Of a stretch of DNA of 64,000 nt, positions 47,274 through 57,304 are shown piece after piece. Where the stretch lies: contig CACPJC010000001.1 of the NCBI GenBank assembly GCA_902634185.1, positions 160,001 to 224,000 of the forward strand, read 5' to 3'. Origin of the DNA: an uncultured Candidatus Actinomarina sp. (GTDB lineage: Bacteria > Actinomycetota > Acidimicrobiia > Actinomarinales > Actinomarinaceae). Position numbers and translations under genes: made by a program. The first letter of the stretch is position 1; every line of letters starts with the position of its first letter. Below the pieces are notes generated by a model. That model ran no database searches. It was not told where the DNA came from and saw only the letters and a list, made by a program, of their open reading frames with translations.

Positions 47274-48346
47274 GCAAATATTTGAACAATAATTAAACCA
47301 TTTGGACCAGACACTATTCCAAGACCAATTCGTTTAAATTCATTGTCAATTATTGTCGCTCTATGTGATTCAGAATTCATTAGGCTTTGATGGCCAGAAT
47401 AAATTGTAGATGCCATTGCTAGATTTTCTCCAATAAATTTTGGGGGTGGATAACCAACTTCTAAAAGTCTTTCAGTAACTAAATAACCATTGTTTGGATC
47501 TTTATGACACCAAAAACCCTCTGTGTACATTTTTTTTGCATAGTTTTCTGCAATATTCGATAATGTTTGAGAGAACTCTAATGGATCAGAATTTACATTT
47601 ATTCTTTCGATATTAACCATTTCAAACAACTCCCTTGTTTCACTAGTCTTTGAAATTAATTTTGATTGAGTAAAAGAAGGAATTTCAAGACATCCTGATT
47701 CATCTAACGAAATAGAGGTGCTACCTGTAAGTTCCTTAATTCTTGAAGTAACTTTTAATAAATCTGTTCCTGTTATGACTTCGAGTGTTTGTTGCGGTAC
47801 TCCTTCAGAATTTAGATAAAAGGATACAATATTTGACTGATCAATATTTTCTTGAACATATTTTGGTAATGAAAGAAGAGATAAGATTGTAAATATAAAA
47901 GTAAGAACTAAATTGCTCAAAACAATAGAAGTAATGCTTCCCAATAACTTATTTCCTATATCTTTTTTAGATCCTTCCCTGTAAATTAAATTTTGAAAAA
48001 TCGAACTTAATGTCAAGATTGTAATGAATATTGCTACACCTGCAAAAATTTGTGAAGTTTGTTGGTTAGAATTTAGCCAGCCACTTATGTATTCACCAAT
48101 CGAAAAGGAATAAGTGAAGCTTAAATAGATTGATATAAGAAAAGCTATTAAATAATAAATTATTAATACAGAGCCTTTTTTCCATCCGAAATAAATAAGA
48201 TAAACAATAAAGATATATATAAATATGTCTAAATAATCTAAATTATTGAGAAAAGTTAACAAATTTTCTAAATTTTCAACCATTTTTTTAAATTTTTTGC
48301 TTCTGCTATTGAAGAGTACACAAATTACGCTATTGTTGTTATACAT
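47270..48346 (-). CDS. CvpA-family membrane domain fused to a CAP/SCP domain (start may be near 48283)
   Basis: N-terminal LDI...GWKKG...NKLLG; C-terminal GENLA, LMNSESHRATI, F.RIGLG. Confidence 0.8.
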   Translation of the reverse strand: MYNNNSVICVLFNSRSKKFKKMVENLENLLTFLNNLDYLDIFIYIFIVYLIYFGWKKGSVLIIYYLIAFLISIYLSFTYSFSIGEYISGWLNSNQQTSQIFAGVAIFITILTLSSIFQNLIYREGSKKDIGNKLLGSITSIVLSNLVLTFIFTILSLLSLPKYVQENIDQSNIVSFYLNSEGVPQQTLEVITGTDLLKVTSRIKELTGSTSISLDESGCLEIPSFTQSKLISKTSETRELFEMVNIERINVNSDPLEFSQTLSNIAENYAKKMYTEGFWCHKDPNNGYLVTERLLEVGYPPPKFIGENLAMASTIYSGHQSLMNSESHRATIIDNEFKRIGLGIVSGPNGLIIVQIFA

Positions 48347-48366
48347 TCCTACAAATATGTAGGAAT
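48345..48366. promoter_or_regulatory. Palindromic operator candidate upstream of the Liv-type binding-protein gene
   Basis: ATTCCTACA-AATA-TGTAGGAAT. Confidence 0.55.
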
Positions 48367-48397
48367 TTTTTAATTTCAGTGACTGAAAGGAAATTAT

Positions 48398-49696
48398 ATG
48401 AAAAATCGCAAAGCTTTAGCTTTGATTGCGGTTTTAGCGTTAGTAATAGCTGCATGTGGTGGTTCCGATGGTGGTTCTGATGATGCTGTTGAAGAAGTAG
48501 TTGAAACTACTGAAGCTCCAGCTGAAGAAGCTCCAACTACTACTGCTGCTCCTGAGCCTGCGGGTGACCCACTTGTATTGGCATCATTAATGCCATTATC
48601 AGGTGACTTAGCTGCACTTGGACCTGGTATTGCACTAGGAGCTGCTCTCGCTGTACAGCAAATCAACGCTGCTGGCGGTATAAATGGAGTCCCTGTCGAA
48701 CTTATTGAAGGTGACAGTGGATGCGATGGTGCGATTGCCCTCGACAGTCTTACTGAAGCAATAGCTGGAGGAGCACAAGGGGTTATGGGTGCTGCATGTA
48801 GTGGTACTTCCCTTGCTATATTAGACACAGCTATAGCTGCAGAAGTTGTTATGGTATCCCCATCAAATACAAGTCCTCAATTTACCAAAATGGATAAAAA
48901 AGGATTTTATGCAAGAACCGCTCCATCAGATCTATTACAAGGTGATGTACTTGCATCATTATTGTTAGAAGATGGAGTTGAATCAATCTCAATCATTTCA
49001 AGAGCAGACGCTTATGGTAGAGGTTTAGCAGAAGCTACTGCATCAGCATTTGAAGCTGGTGGAGGAGTTATAAAAAATATTGTTTATCATGCTCCTGATG
49101 CAACAGAATTTAACTCCGAAGTAACAGCTGTAGGAAAAGGTTCACCAGACGCAATTGTCGGTATTCTTTTCCCTGCTACTGGTTGTGGAGTTCTTCAACC
49201 TGCATTTGAGCAAGGCCTTCTTGATACACCTTGGTACATGACCGATGGTGTTAAAGATGCTGGTCTTGCATCACTTTGTAACTTAGGAACTGCACTTGAC
49301 GGAATGAAAGGTACAGCACCTGGATCTGCTGCTGGAGAAGCATTTGATGCTTTCTCAGCTGCATATGCAGAAGTAAGCGCAGATGGCGCTGGAACCTTTA
49401 TTTTCGCTCCTCAAGCATATGATGCTGTCATGTTAATGGCAATATCAGCTGCTGCTAATGGTGTTACAGGACCAGAAATTGCTTCTGGACTTGTTGCTGC
49501 ATCATCAGGTGGAGAAAAATGTATCGGAGTTGCTTGTATTGAACTTGCAGCTAACGGTGTAGATGTTGATTATGTTGGAGCATCTGGCGAAATTGAATTA
49601 AATGAAGCTGGAGATCCTACAGCAGCAACATATGATATTTGGACAACAGAGGGTGATACAAACCCAGTCTTAAAATCAGTAGATTTTGGTTCTTAA
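48398..49696 (+). CDS. Branched-chain-amino-acid-type ABC substrate-binding lipoprotein
   Basis: Lipobox IAAC, PLSGDLA..G, INAAGGING, RTAPSD, AYDA. Confidence 0.9.
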   Translation: MKNRKALALIAVLALVIAACGGSDGGSDDAVEEVVETTEAPAEEAPTTTAAPEPAGDPLVLASLMPLSGDLAALGPGIALGAALAVQQINAAGGINGVPVELIEGDSGCDGAIALDSLTEAIAGGAQGVMGAACSGTSLAILDTAIAAEVVMVSPSNTSPQFTKMDKKGFYARTAPSDLLQGDVLASLLLEDGVESISIISRADAYGRGLAEATASAFEAGGGVIKNIVYHAPDATEFNSEVTAVGKGSPDAIVGILFPATGCGVLQPAFEQGLLDTPWYMTDGVKDAGLASLCNLGTALDGMKGTAPGSAAGEAFDAFSAAYAEVSADGAGTFIFAPQAYDAVMLMAISAAANGVTGPEIASGLVAASSGGEKCIGVACIELAANGVDVDYVGASGEIELNEAGDPTAATYDIWTTEGDTNPVLKSVDFGS

Positions 49697-49710
49697 AATT
49701 TACAATTAAT

Positions 49711-49742
49711 AAAAAAGGCCTGCCATGTGCAGGCCTTTTTTT
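49711..49742. terminator. Bidirectional intrinsic terminator
   Basis: AAAAAAGGCCTGC-CATGT-GCAGGCCTTTTTTT between convergent genes. Confidence 0.9.
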
Positions 49743-50457
49743 ATAGTTTTCCTAAATATAAGTCCACGACGCGTGGATCACTCAAAAGCTCTTGACCTTT
49801 GCCCTGATAAGCATTTCTTCCTTGATCTAGAACATAACCACGATCACTAAAATTTAATGCCCTTTTGGCATTTTGTTCAACCAAGAGAATTGCGACCCCT
49901 TTTGAATTTATCTCTTTAACTATTTCAAATACTTCCTTAATTGCAACCGGTGAAAGACCTGCTGATGGTTCGTCTAATAATAGAATCTTTGGAGAAGTAG
50001 CTAATGCTCTTGCAAGAGCGAGTATTTGTCTCTGTCCGCCAGATAAATTTCCAGCTTTGTTTTTTCTTCTTTCTTTTAACATGGGAAAATCATCAAATAT
50101 TTTTGATATTGATTGTTTGATGCTTGTATCGATAGACCAAGAGCCAATTTCTAAATTTTCTTCAATTGTTAAGGATGGAAATACATTTTCAACCTGAGGG
50201 ACATAGCCAACTCCCTCTTTAACAATTTGATGAGTAGGAGTATTGGTTTTTTCGACACCATCTATAAAAAATCGTCCACCTGAAATATTAATTATTCCCA
50301 TAATCGCTTTAAGTAATGTTGATTTTCCTGCTCCATTAGGACCAATAATTGATACTATTTCTTTTTCGTTTATGATCATGTCAATGCCCTGAAGGATATT
50401 TAAACCCTTTACGTATCCTGCTGCGATTCCATTACATTCAATCACTGTTTTATTCAT
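49741..50457 (-). CDS. livF: LivF-type ABC ATP-binding protein
   Basis: GPNGAGKST, LSGGQRQ, LDEPSAGLSP, LVEQNA. Confidence 0.85.
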   Translation of the reverse strand: MNKTVIECNGIAAGYVKGLNILQGIDMIINEKEIVSIIGPNGAGKSTLLKAIMGIINISGGRFFIDGVEKTNTPTHQIVKEGVGYVPQVENVFPSLTIEENLEIGSWSIDTSIKQSISKIFDDFPMLKERRKNKAGNLSGGQRQILALARALATSPKILLLDEPSAGLSPVAIKEVFEIVKEINSKGVAILLVEQNAKRALNFSDRGYVLDQGRNAYQGKGQELLSDPRVVDLYLGKL

Positions 50458-51220
50458 TTTCGGATCCTAAATATGCTTCGATTACTTTTTCATCAGTTCT
50501 TATATTTTCTGGAGTACTATCAGCAATAACTTTTCCCTCAGCTAATACTATGACCCGTTCAGAGATTTTCATTACTGCTTCGATATTGTGCTCAACCATT
50601 AATATCGAAATTCCTTTTCCTGCAAGATTTAGAATAATTTGAAGTATCTCTTCTGCAAGTTTTGGATTTACTCCAGCAAGTGGTTCATCTAATAATAAAA
50701 CACTTGGATTATTTATTATTGATCTACCAAGTTCTAATAACTTTTTTTGACCTCCGGACATTTCTCGTGCATAAGAATTTGCCATATGATCAATATTTAA
50801 TTCTTTCATAATTTCAAATGATTTGTCTCTAATTTTTTTTTCAGTCGTTTTTTGACTTGGTAATTTAGCTAGGGATTTTAAAAATGAATCGTTATTAACA
50901 GTTGATGCTGAAAACATCATATTTTCTAAAACTGTCATCCGGTCAAAAACTTTTGTTAATTGAAAAGTTCTAATCATTCCTAATCTAGCAATTGCGTAGG
51001 GCTGACTTTTGCTGATATTTTTGTTGTTTAGATAAACTTTCCCTTCATCACTGTCTTGGAATCCAGAAATTAAATCAAAGAAAGTTGTTTTTCCAGCTCC
51101 ATTTGGACCAATGATTGAAGTTAATTCATTTCTGTTTAAATTAAGACTTTCAACATCAACAGCTTTAATCCCACCAAAACTTTTTTTTAGACTTGTAACT
51201 TCAAGGTATTTATTTGACAT
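50450..51220 (-). CDS. livG: LivG-type ABC ATP-binding protein
   Basis: KSFGGIKAV, GPNGAGKTT, RTFQ, VIEAYLG. Confidence 0.85.
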   Translation of the reverse strand: MSNKYLEVTSLKKSFGGIKAVDVESLNLNRNELTSIIGPNGAGKTTFFDLISGFQDSDEGKVYLNNKNISKSQPYAIARLGMIRTFQLTKVFDRMTVLENMMFSASTVNNDSFLKSLAKLPSQKTTEKKIRDKSFEIMKELNIDHMANSYAREMSGGQKKLLELGRSIINNPSVLLLDEPLAGVNPKLAEEILQIILNLAGKGISILMVEHNIEAVMKISERVIVLAEGKVIADSTPENIRTDEKVIEAYLGSENE

Positions 51221-52265
51221 CTAAGAGAAGTTCCTCTTTCTTTCCCATTAATCCACTTGGTCTAAAAATCATTAAAATCATTATTAATAGTCCTACCAAA
51301 ACAAATCTAACTCCAGCTATTTGTTGACCATTTGCATTTTCAAAAATTAGTTGAGCAATTCCATTCGTTTCACCAATGATGACCCAAAATATAATTGATC
51401 CAAAAATTGGTCCCGTAAGACTCCCTACTCCTCCAAGAATCATAATTGCCCACACATAGAATGTAAGTATTGGTACAAAGGTTGATACTTGAATAGTGCC
51501 ATAATTAAAAGCTAATAAAACTCCAGACAATCCTGCGATACCTGCGCCAAGCATAAAACTTTGAAGCTTTAACCACACGGCATTTTTGCCTAAAGCTCTG
51601 ACTGCATCTTCATCTTCACGTACTGCTCTGAGAGCTCGACCCCAGGGCGAATTTGTTAGTCTCCTTAAAAGGAGTAAAACAAGAACTATTGAAATCCAAG
51701 ACAAAAAAGCTACAAATACTTGAGATGGATTTAGGCTATTTGAAGAGGCAAAATTATCAATAAATCCTAACCTATATTGTTGTAATGAACTTGAAAAATT
51801 GATGATGCCGTAGACACCACCTGTTACAGATTCAAGATCCCGTACAAGTAAACGAAAAATTTCTGCAGCAGCAATAGTCACTATTGCTAAATAATCACCT
51901 CTTAATCTAATAGCAGGAAGCCCTAAAAGAAATCCAAAAAGTGCAGCCGAAATAACTCCAATCAATAAAGCTAGAAAAAATGGAAGTCCAGTAGTAATAA
52001 CAACACCTTCCCGACCAGCTGCATGGGGTATTAATAATACAGTCACATAAGCTCCAAATCCCATAAAAGCTGCGTGACCAAAATTTAATAATCCTGTTAA
52101 CCCAAAATGGACATTTAACCCTATCGCAGCTAATCCATAAATGCCTGCGAACGTTAACAGGTTAAAAAGGATTGGTATTTCTCCATCTTCGTTTAAAAGA
52201 AAAACAAGAAATATTGAAAAAATAGTTAAAAATATTGTTAAGGAACCTTTAATGGAAAATTTCAT
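51210..52265 (-). CDS. livM: LivM-type ABC permease
   Basis: GLLNFGHAAF, RLRGDYLAIVT, SPWGRALRAVRED. Confidence 0.85.
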   Translation of the reverse strand: MKFSIKGSLTIFLTIFSIFLVFLLNEDGEIPILFNLLTFAGIYGLAAIGLNVHFGLTGLLNFGHAAFMGFGAYVTVLLIPHAAGREGVVITTGLPFFLALLIGVISAALFGFLLGLPAIRLRGDYLAIVTIAAAEIFRLLVRDLESVTGGVYGIINFSSSLQQYRLGFIDNFASSNSLNPSQVFVAFLSWISIVLVLLLLRRLTNSPWGRALRAVREDEDAVRALGKNAVWLKLQSFMLGAGIAGLSGVLLAFNYGTIQVSTFVPILTFYVWAIMILGGVGSLTGPIFGSIIFWVIIGETNGIAQLIFENANGQQIAGVRFVLVGLLIMILMIFRPSGLMGKKEELLLDVK

Positions 52266-53176
52266 GAAACTCTTTCTTTCTCACCAAAAATGCCTTGTGG
52301 TCTAAAAAGTAAAATTAATATCATAATTGCAAGAGCTACAGCATTTTTTGCTTCGGTGTGTCCTTCCATGAATGGTAAACCTACCGAAACATTTACAACA
52401 ATTCCTATTATGAAACCTCCAACCATTGCACCGAAAGAGGTTCCAATTCCACCAAGAACCGTTCCTGCGAATATAAGTAAGAGTATTAGAAATCCCATAT
52501 TGTATCTGACATCATTTATAGTTGCTTGAAATACTCCAGCTAAACCAGCAAGCATACTTGAAGATATCCATGTAAATAAAATTATGTTATCTGAATTAAT
52601 TCCAGAAACACTTGCAAGGTCATTTGAGTCTCTTACTGCCCTCATAGCCTTTCCAATTCTTGTGTAATTAAGGAAAAGACCAATTAACACCATAACAATT
52701 ATTCCTAAAATTAATACCCTAAAGTTCCTAGGAGTCATATCAAAAAATAAGTATGTTTCTCTTCTTTGTAGCTCTAACGGAAAGTTTTGGGGTTTAGCGT
52801 TAAGAAGCATATATATGTGCCTTAAGAAAAGAGAAAGTCCAATCGTCACAACAAGTACAGCAATGTTTCCAACTTCAGCTTTTCTGAGAGGCCTAAATAG
52901 AAAAAATTCTAAAATACCTCCAAGTAATCCACAAAAAATAACTGAGATAATTACTGATATATAAAAATTATTACCAAGAGGAGAGAACCTGTCTAAAAAT
53001 AACAGTCTCGAATCTACAGGACTTGAAAGAAATAAAGTAGCTATGGCTCCCAAAGCAATAATTTCTCCATGTGCAAAATTAACGATTCGAGTAACTCCAT
53101 ATAATAATGAGAGCGCAACTGATGCGACTGAAATTATTATTCCCAGTAAAAGGCCATTTCCAAGTTGTTCTATCAT
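52262..53176 (-). CDS. livH: LivH-type ABC permease
   Basis: VNFAHGE, TRIGKAMRAV, LFRPQG. Confidence 0.85.
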   Translation of the reverse strand: MIEQLGNGLLLGIIISVASVALSLLYGVTRIVNFAHGEIIALGAIATLFLSSPVDSRLLFLDRFSPLGNNFYISVIISVIFCGLLGGILEFFLFRPLRKAEVGNIAVLVVTIGLSLFLRHIYMLLNAKPQNFPLELQRRETYLFFDMTPRNFRVLILGIIVMVLIGLFLNYTRIGKAMRAVRDSNDLASVSGINSDNIILFTWISSSMLAGLAGVFQATINDVRYNMGFLILLLIFAGTVLGGIGTSFGAMVGGFIIGIVVNVSVGLPFMEGHTEAKNAVALAIMILILLFRPQGIFGEKERVS

Positions 53177-53182
53177 AGTGTT

Positions 53183-54028
53183 TTACCCATCCTTAAATAT
53201 TACTTGGGAACCATCAATAATTTCAATTACAACAGTATAGGTTTTATCAGGATTATTAAGATTACCAACACTAGCATTTAGCCATTGATCAGGCACCTGT
53301 GCCTGACCTTTTACAAGTATAGATAAGTCATTTGGTACAGTTACTTCATAGTTACCACTCAATGAAAGGCTCTCAATTTCAAGATTAGGACCTAAAAATA
53401 TTTCTCCAGTGCCTGATAGTTTTGAGGGTGACAACTTGAGATCACTTAAATTAATAAATGAATCAAGTGAAAAAATATCTAGTTCCCAAATGTTTTGATT
53501 ACCTAAATTTATATTCCACCCTCCTACTTTTAATAAACTACTGGTTTCTAACTCTCTAAATATTATGGCCCTTGGTTCTCCGAGAACGGTCTCTATTGCT
53601 TCTGGATAACCAACATTTCCTGGTTCATCAATTATTTCAGCTGTGTAGCCCTTGCCCTGAAAACTATTAACATTTACTTTTCCATCAAGGTCAATTAATA
53701 ATGAGTAATTAAAATCAGAATTTAATTCGTTATTTTGAAAAAAAGAATCATACTTATAAGTAGTTAAAAATTTGGAATCAAATAAATGTCCAAATGAAAA
53801 AATCAAAACTACAACTATCAAAAAAATATTTACTATATTTCTTAGTAATTCATAAAAAGAAGCCCTTCTAAAAATAGTTACTAACAGAATTGGCAATATC
53901 GTAATAGGCCAATAATCAATATAGTCATAAATTATTGAGGGACGAAGATAGCCTAAAAAATAGAAAGTGATTTGTGCCAGCAACAATAAATACAAAGTGA
54001 ACCTGATTGTATTTTGATAATAATTCAA
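53183..54028 (-). CDS. Hypothetical protein: N-terminal TM helices plus a beta-rich domain
   Basis: YWP motif in the TM region (LiaI/LiaF-like); TTG start just after tRNA-Thr. Confidence 0.6.
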   Translation of the reverse strand: MNYYQNTIRFTLYLLLLAQITFYFLGYLRPSIIYDYIDYWPITILPILLVTIFRRASFYELLRNIVNIFLIVVVLIFSFGHLFDSKFLTTYKYDSFFQNNELNSDFNYSLLIDLDGKVNVNSFQGKGYTAEIIDEPGNVGYPEAIETVLGEPRAIIFRELETSSLLKVGGWNINLGNQNIWELDIFSLDSFINLSDLKLSPSKLSGTGEIFLGPNLEIESLSLSGNYEVTVPNDLSILVKGQAQVPDQWLNASVGNLNNPDKTYTVVIEIIDGSQVIFKDG

Positions 54029-54032
54029 TTTG

Positions 54033-54104
54033 AGCCGGAGAGGGGAGTTGAACCCCTGACCTGCCGCTTACAAGGCGGCTGCTCTACCACTGAGCTACTC
54101 CGGC
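54033..54104 (-). tRNA. tRNA-Thr(TGT)
   Basis: GCCGGAGTAGCTCAGTGGTAGAGCA-GCCGC-CTTGTAA-GCGGC...GGTTCAACTCC...CTCCGGCT. Confidence 0.95.
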
Positions 54105-54142
54105 GAATAGTTAAATATTAGCAAACATCAAAGTTGAAAAAA

Positions 54143-54874
54143 TTATTTTTTTATAAATATATGCTGCATTGCTATACCTGCGGCAACTGAAACATTTAAA
54201 GACTCTATATCTTTTGACATTTGGATTCTTACAACATTATCAAGTTTGTTTTTGATTTCATCGCTCAAGCCTTTTTCCTCTGACCCAATAAAAAATGCCA
54301 AGTTCTGTCTTCCTAAATCTAAACTTTGTATATCGACTTCTCCATACATATCCAACCCTATTGTCCAAACATCCAAAGATTGAAATTTCTTTAATAAACT
54401 AAAAATTGATTTGTATTCTAAAATATCTATTTTCTCTAATCCACCAGAGGAAATCTTAAATGTTCTTTCACTTAATCGGGCTGATCTTCTCTCTGGGACA
54501 CACATCACATTGAAATCAAATGATGCAGCCGAACGAGCAATAGCACCAAGATTATTTGTGTCTTGAATGTGGTCACATACTATAAAGTTTGTGGTGTTGA
54601 ATTTTTTTAAATCTGACTCATTATATATTTTTTTGGGTTTACACAGTGCAGCTACATACTCCGTTGATGTAAATTTCCACTCATTTTTACTTTTGATGTT
54701 TGTAACTTTTGCTTTTTTTTGCTGAGCAATTTCAATTAAGTCTTTAACTTTTTTTGAATCTATATTTTTTTCAAGAGTTACTAGTTCTAAAACTCTGTTG
54801 TTTTCTAGTGCAGAAATTACAGAATTATAACCTTCAACTATTTTTCCAATACCATCCGACATTTTCACCATCAT
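54143..54874 (-). CDS. rlmB: 23S rRNA (Gm2251)-methyltransferase RlmB / TrmH family
   Basis: DHIQDTNNLGAIARS, GSEEKGL, ESLNVSVAAGI; follows cysS. Confidence 0.85.
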   Translation of the reverse strand: MMVKMSDGIGKIVEGYNSVISALENNRVLELVTLEKNIDSKKVKDLIEIAQQKKAKVTNIKSKNEWKFTSTEYVAALCKPKKIYNESDLKKFNTTNFIVCDHIQDTNNLGAIARSAASFDFNVMCVPERRSARLSERTFKISSGGLEKIDILEYKSIFSLLKKFQSLDVWTIGLDMYGEVDIQSLDLGRQNLAFFIGSEEKGLSDEIKNKLDNVVRIQMSKDIESLNVSVAAGIAMQHIFIKK

Positions 54875-56234
54875 TCATGACTATTCCAATCTCTAATAAA
54901 TCTTCCCTCATTTTGTCAGCTTCACCATATTTCTTGTTTGATCTTAAGTCCTCCCTTTTTAGTGAAAACTCACTCATTGCAGATTCGATATCATTAAATT
55001 GGATATCATATTTTGCAAAAAATTTAGATAATAATTTTTCTTCTACTATGTTTTGTTTTGAGGTATCTAGCTCAAATCCAAGAATTTCAAATATGAATTT
55101 CACTGTTTGTTTGATTTTTAATGTATTTTCTTGATCTAAATTATTTGTATCTTTTATTTTTTCAAAAATTTCTCCAAGAAGTTTTGGAGTATTCATATCA
55201 TCATTCATACAATTAATAAAAGTATCAACTGTATCATTATCACTTGGTTCTCCAACAACACCTTTTGTAAATTCAGCTAAATTGCTCAAAGTTTTTTTAG
55301 TCTCTTCAAGCAACTGCTCACTAAATTCTTGAGGACTTCTGTAGTGGGCTCTCAAAAAAAAGAATCTTACAACATCTCCACCATATTCATCAATGTATTC
55401 ATTAAGTAATTTCACATTTCCATCTGATTTTGACATTTTTTTTCCTGAAAGATTCAACATTCCATTGTGTAGCCAATAATTTGCAAAATTCTCATTGATA
55501 TCAACACCTTTAGATTGAGCAATCTCATTTTCATGATGTGGAAAAATTAGATCGATTCCTCCACAATGAAAGTCGATTGTTTTACCTAATGTTTCACTAA
55601 TCATTGTTGAACATTCTATATGCCATCCTGGTCGACCATCTCCCCAAGGAGAATCCCAAGATGGTTCATTTTCTTTAGAAAATTTCCATAAAGCAAAGTC
55701 TTCCGCTCTTTTTTTATCATCTTCTGTTTCAACCCTTGTACCGGTCCTTACATCCTCAATGCTTCTTCCTGATAACTCAAGATACTCTTCAAATTTTGAA
55801 ACATCATAATAAACCCCAGAACTTGTAACATAACCAAACCCATTTTGAACTAGCTGTTCAATATATTTGATAATTTCAGGAATATAAGCTGTGGCCCTTG
55901 GTTCAATATCAGGAACCAAACAATTGAGATTTTCATGTGCTAAAACAAACTCCTTCCAAACATTATCTCCAAGTTCACGATAACTTATATTTTTTTCTTG
56001 TGATTTTTCGATTATTTTATCATCTATATCTGTGATATTTCTTGCAAATAATACTGAATAATTTAGATACTTAAGGTACCTTATAAAAAAATCAAATACT
56101 ACAGCTGATCTTCCATGTCCTAGATGAGGAGATGATTGGACGGTTGGTCCACAAAGATAGATCCTTACATCATCTTGATCTATCTTTATTTCTTCCTGTT
56201 TTTTAGTAAGTGAATTATATAATTTAAGCATCAT
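54834..56234 (-). CDS. cysS: Cysteine--tRNA ligase
   Basis: CGPTV, HLGH, GRPGWHIEC, FPHHENE, KMSKS. Confidence 0.98.
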   Translation of the reverse strand: MMLKLYNSLTKKQEEIKIDQDDVRIYLCGPTVQSSPHLGHGRSAVVFDFFIRYLKYLNYSVLFARNITDIDDKIIEKSQEKNISYRELGDNVWKEFVLAHENLNCLVPDIEPRATAYIPEIIKYIEQLVQNGFGYVTSSGVYYDVSKFEEYLELSGRSIEDVRTGTRVETEDDKKRAEDFALWKFSKENEPSWDSPWGDGRPGWHIECSTMISETLGKTIDFHCGGIDLIFPHHENEIAQSKGVDINENFANYWLHNGMLNLSGKKMSKSDGNVKLLNEYIDEYGGDVVRFFFLRAHYRSPQEFSEQLLEETKKTLSNLAEFTKGVVGEPSDNDTVDTFINCMNDDMNTPKLLGEIFEKIKDTNNLDQENTLKIKQTVKFIFEILGFELDTSKQNIVEEKLLSKFFAKYDIQFNDIESAMSEFSLKREDLRSNKKYGEADKMREDLLEIGIVMNDGENVGWYWKNS

Positions 56235-56694
56235 CTAATAACAAGCTTACTATCGCTAATGAAGCTTTTTGGTCTCCAATTATTCCATAATCATCTGAAG
56301 ATTTTCCTTTAATATTTATTTTTTCTACAGGGACCTTAAGTAGTTTTGACAAATTATTTTGAATCTTCACTGCTTTGTCTTGAACGTTAAATTTTTGAGT
56401 GATAATTGTTATATCCACATTTGTTAATGAAAATTTCTCATATTCAACAACATTTAAAATCTCTGCAAAAATATCTGTACTTGGAATATCTTTTGGCGTA
56501 GATTCGTTAGATGGAAAATAATGACCTAAGTCTTTTTTCCCAGTTGCTCCTAATAATGCATCACAAAGTGCGTGTAAAAGAATATCTCCATCAGAATGTC
56601 CTTCAAATCCCTGTTCGTCAAAATTGACACCACCAAGCTTTAAAGTTTTGTTTTCTGAATGTTGGTGTAAATCCCAACCATGACCAATTAACAT
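56224..56694 (-). CDS. ispF: 2-C-methyl-D-erythritol 2,4-cyclodiphosphate synthase
   Basis: IGHGWDLH, GHSDGDILLHALCDALLGA, DLGHYFP. Confidence 0.93.
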   Translation of the reverse strand: MLIGHGWDLHQHSENKTLKLGGVNFDEQGFEGHSDGDILLHALCDALLGATGKKDLGHYFPSNESTPKDIPSTDIFAEILNVVEYEKFSLTNVDITIITQKFNVQDKAVKIQNNLSKLLKVPVEKINIKGKSSDDYGIIGDQKASLAIVSLLLDDA

Positions 56695-56717
56695 TTTCTA
56701 AAAGTTTTTTAAATAGA

Positions 56718-57272
56718 TTATAACCCGTCGTCTGGCTCTTCCTCCGGAAGATATTGATTTATTTTCTCTACAGCGGCTTCTTCATCTATTTCTAATGCGC
56801 ATGCTATTTCACTTGCTAAGGTCATTCTTGCTTTTGCAAGCATTCTTTTAAGTGCAGGTGATATTCCTTTATTAATTTGTGCATGTGAAAGATCCCTTAC
56901 GACTTCAGCAACCTGAATAACATCACCGGATGTCATTTTTTCAGTTAAAACTTTGTACCATCTACTCCAGTTTGTACCAGCCTCTTCTGGTTTTTCTTTA
57001 AATATTGGAAAAACTTTTCTAGATACTGCACTTTTGGAAATTACCGGTCTTATTACTTCATCTACAGCTTCAACAGGAACCATAACTGTTAAGCCATCCA
57101 TTAAAACCTCAATTTCGAAATATTGAATTCTTTTTGATTTAGGCTCACCCTCAACAAAAATCTCAACATTTTTATTTACTTTACGAATTACTTTTGCTGC
57201 ACCGTGATGTGGATGGACCACAAATGTATTTGGTTTATATTTTTCTTTGGGTTTTTTAGCTTTTGTTGCCAT
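56718..57272 (-). CDS. carD: CarD-family transcription factor
   Basis: VVHPHHGAA, VMVPV, NWSRWYK, SGDVIQVAEVVRDL. Confidence 0.93.
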   Translation of the reverse strand: MATKAKKPKEKYKPNTFVVHPHHGAAKVIRKVNKNVEIFVEGEPKSKRIQYFEIEVLMDGLTVMVPVEAVDEVIRPVISKSAVSRKVFPIFKEKPEEAGTNWSRWYKVLTEKMTSGDVIQVAEVVRDLSHAQINKGISPALKRMLAKARMTLASEIACALEIDEEAAVEKINQYLPEEEPDDGL

Positions 57273-57304
57273 AGATTAAAACAATAGTATAGATTGAAAA
57301 CTAT

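Noticed and set aside
48394-48828. 144-aa Ala/Ser/Pro-rich ORF on the minus strand
   Set aside because: Antisense shadow of the Ala/Gly-rich binding-protein gene; no recognisable motifs
53183-54104. tRNA-Thr as an integration site for a genomic island
   Set aside because: No integrase, no duplicated tRNA 3' end and no clear compositional shift seen
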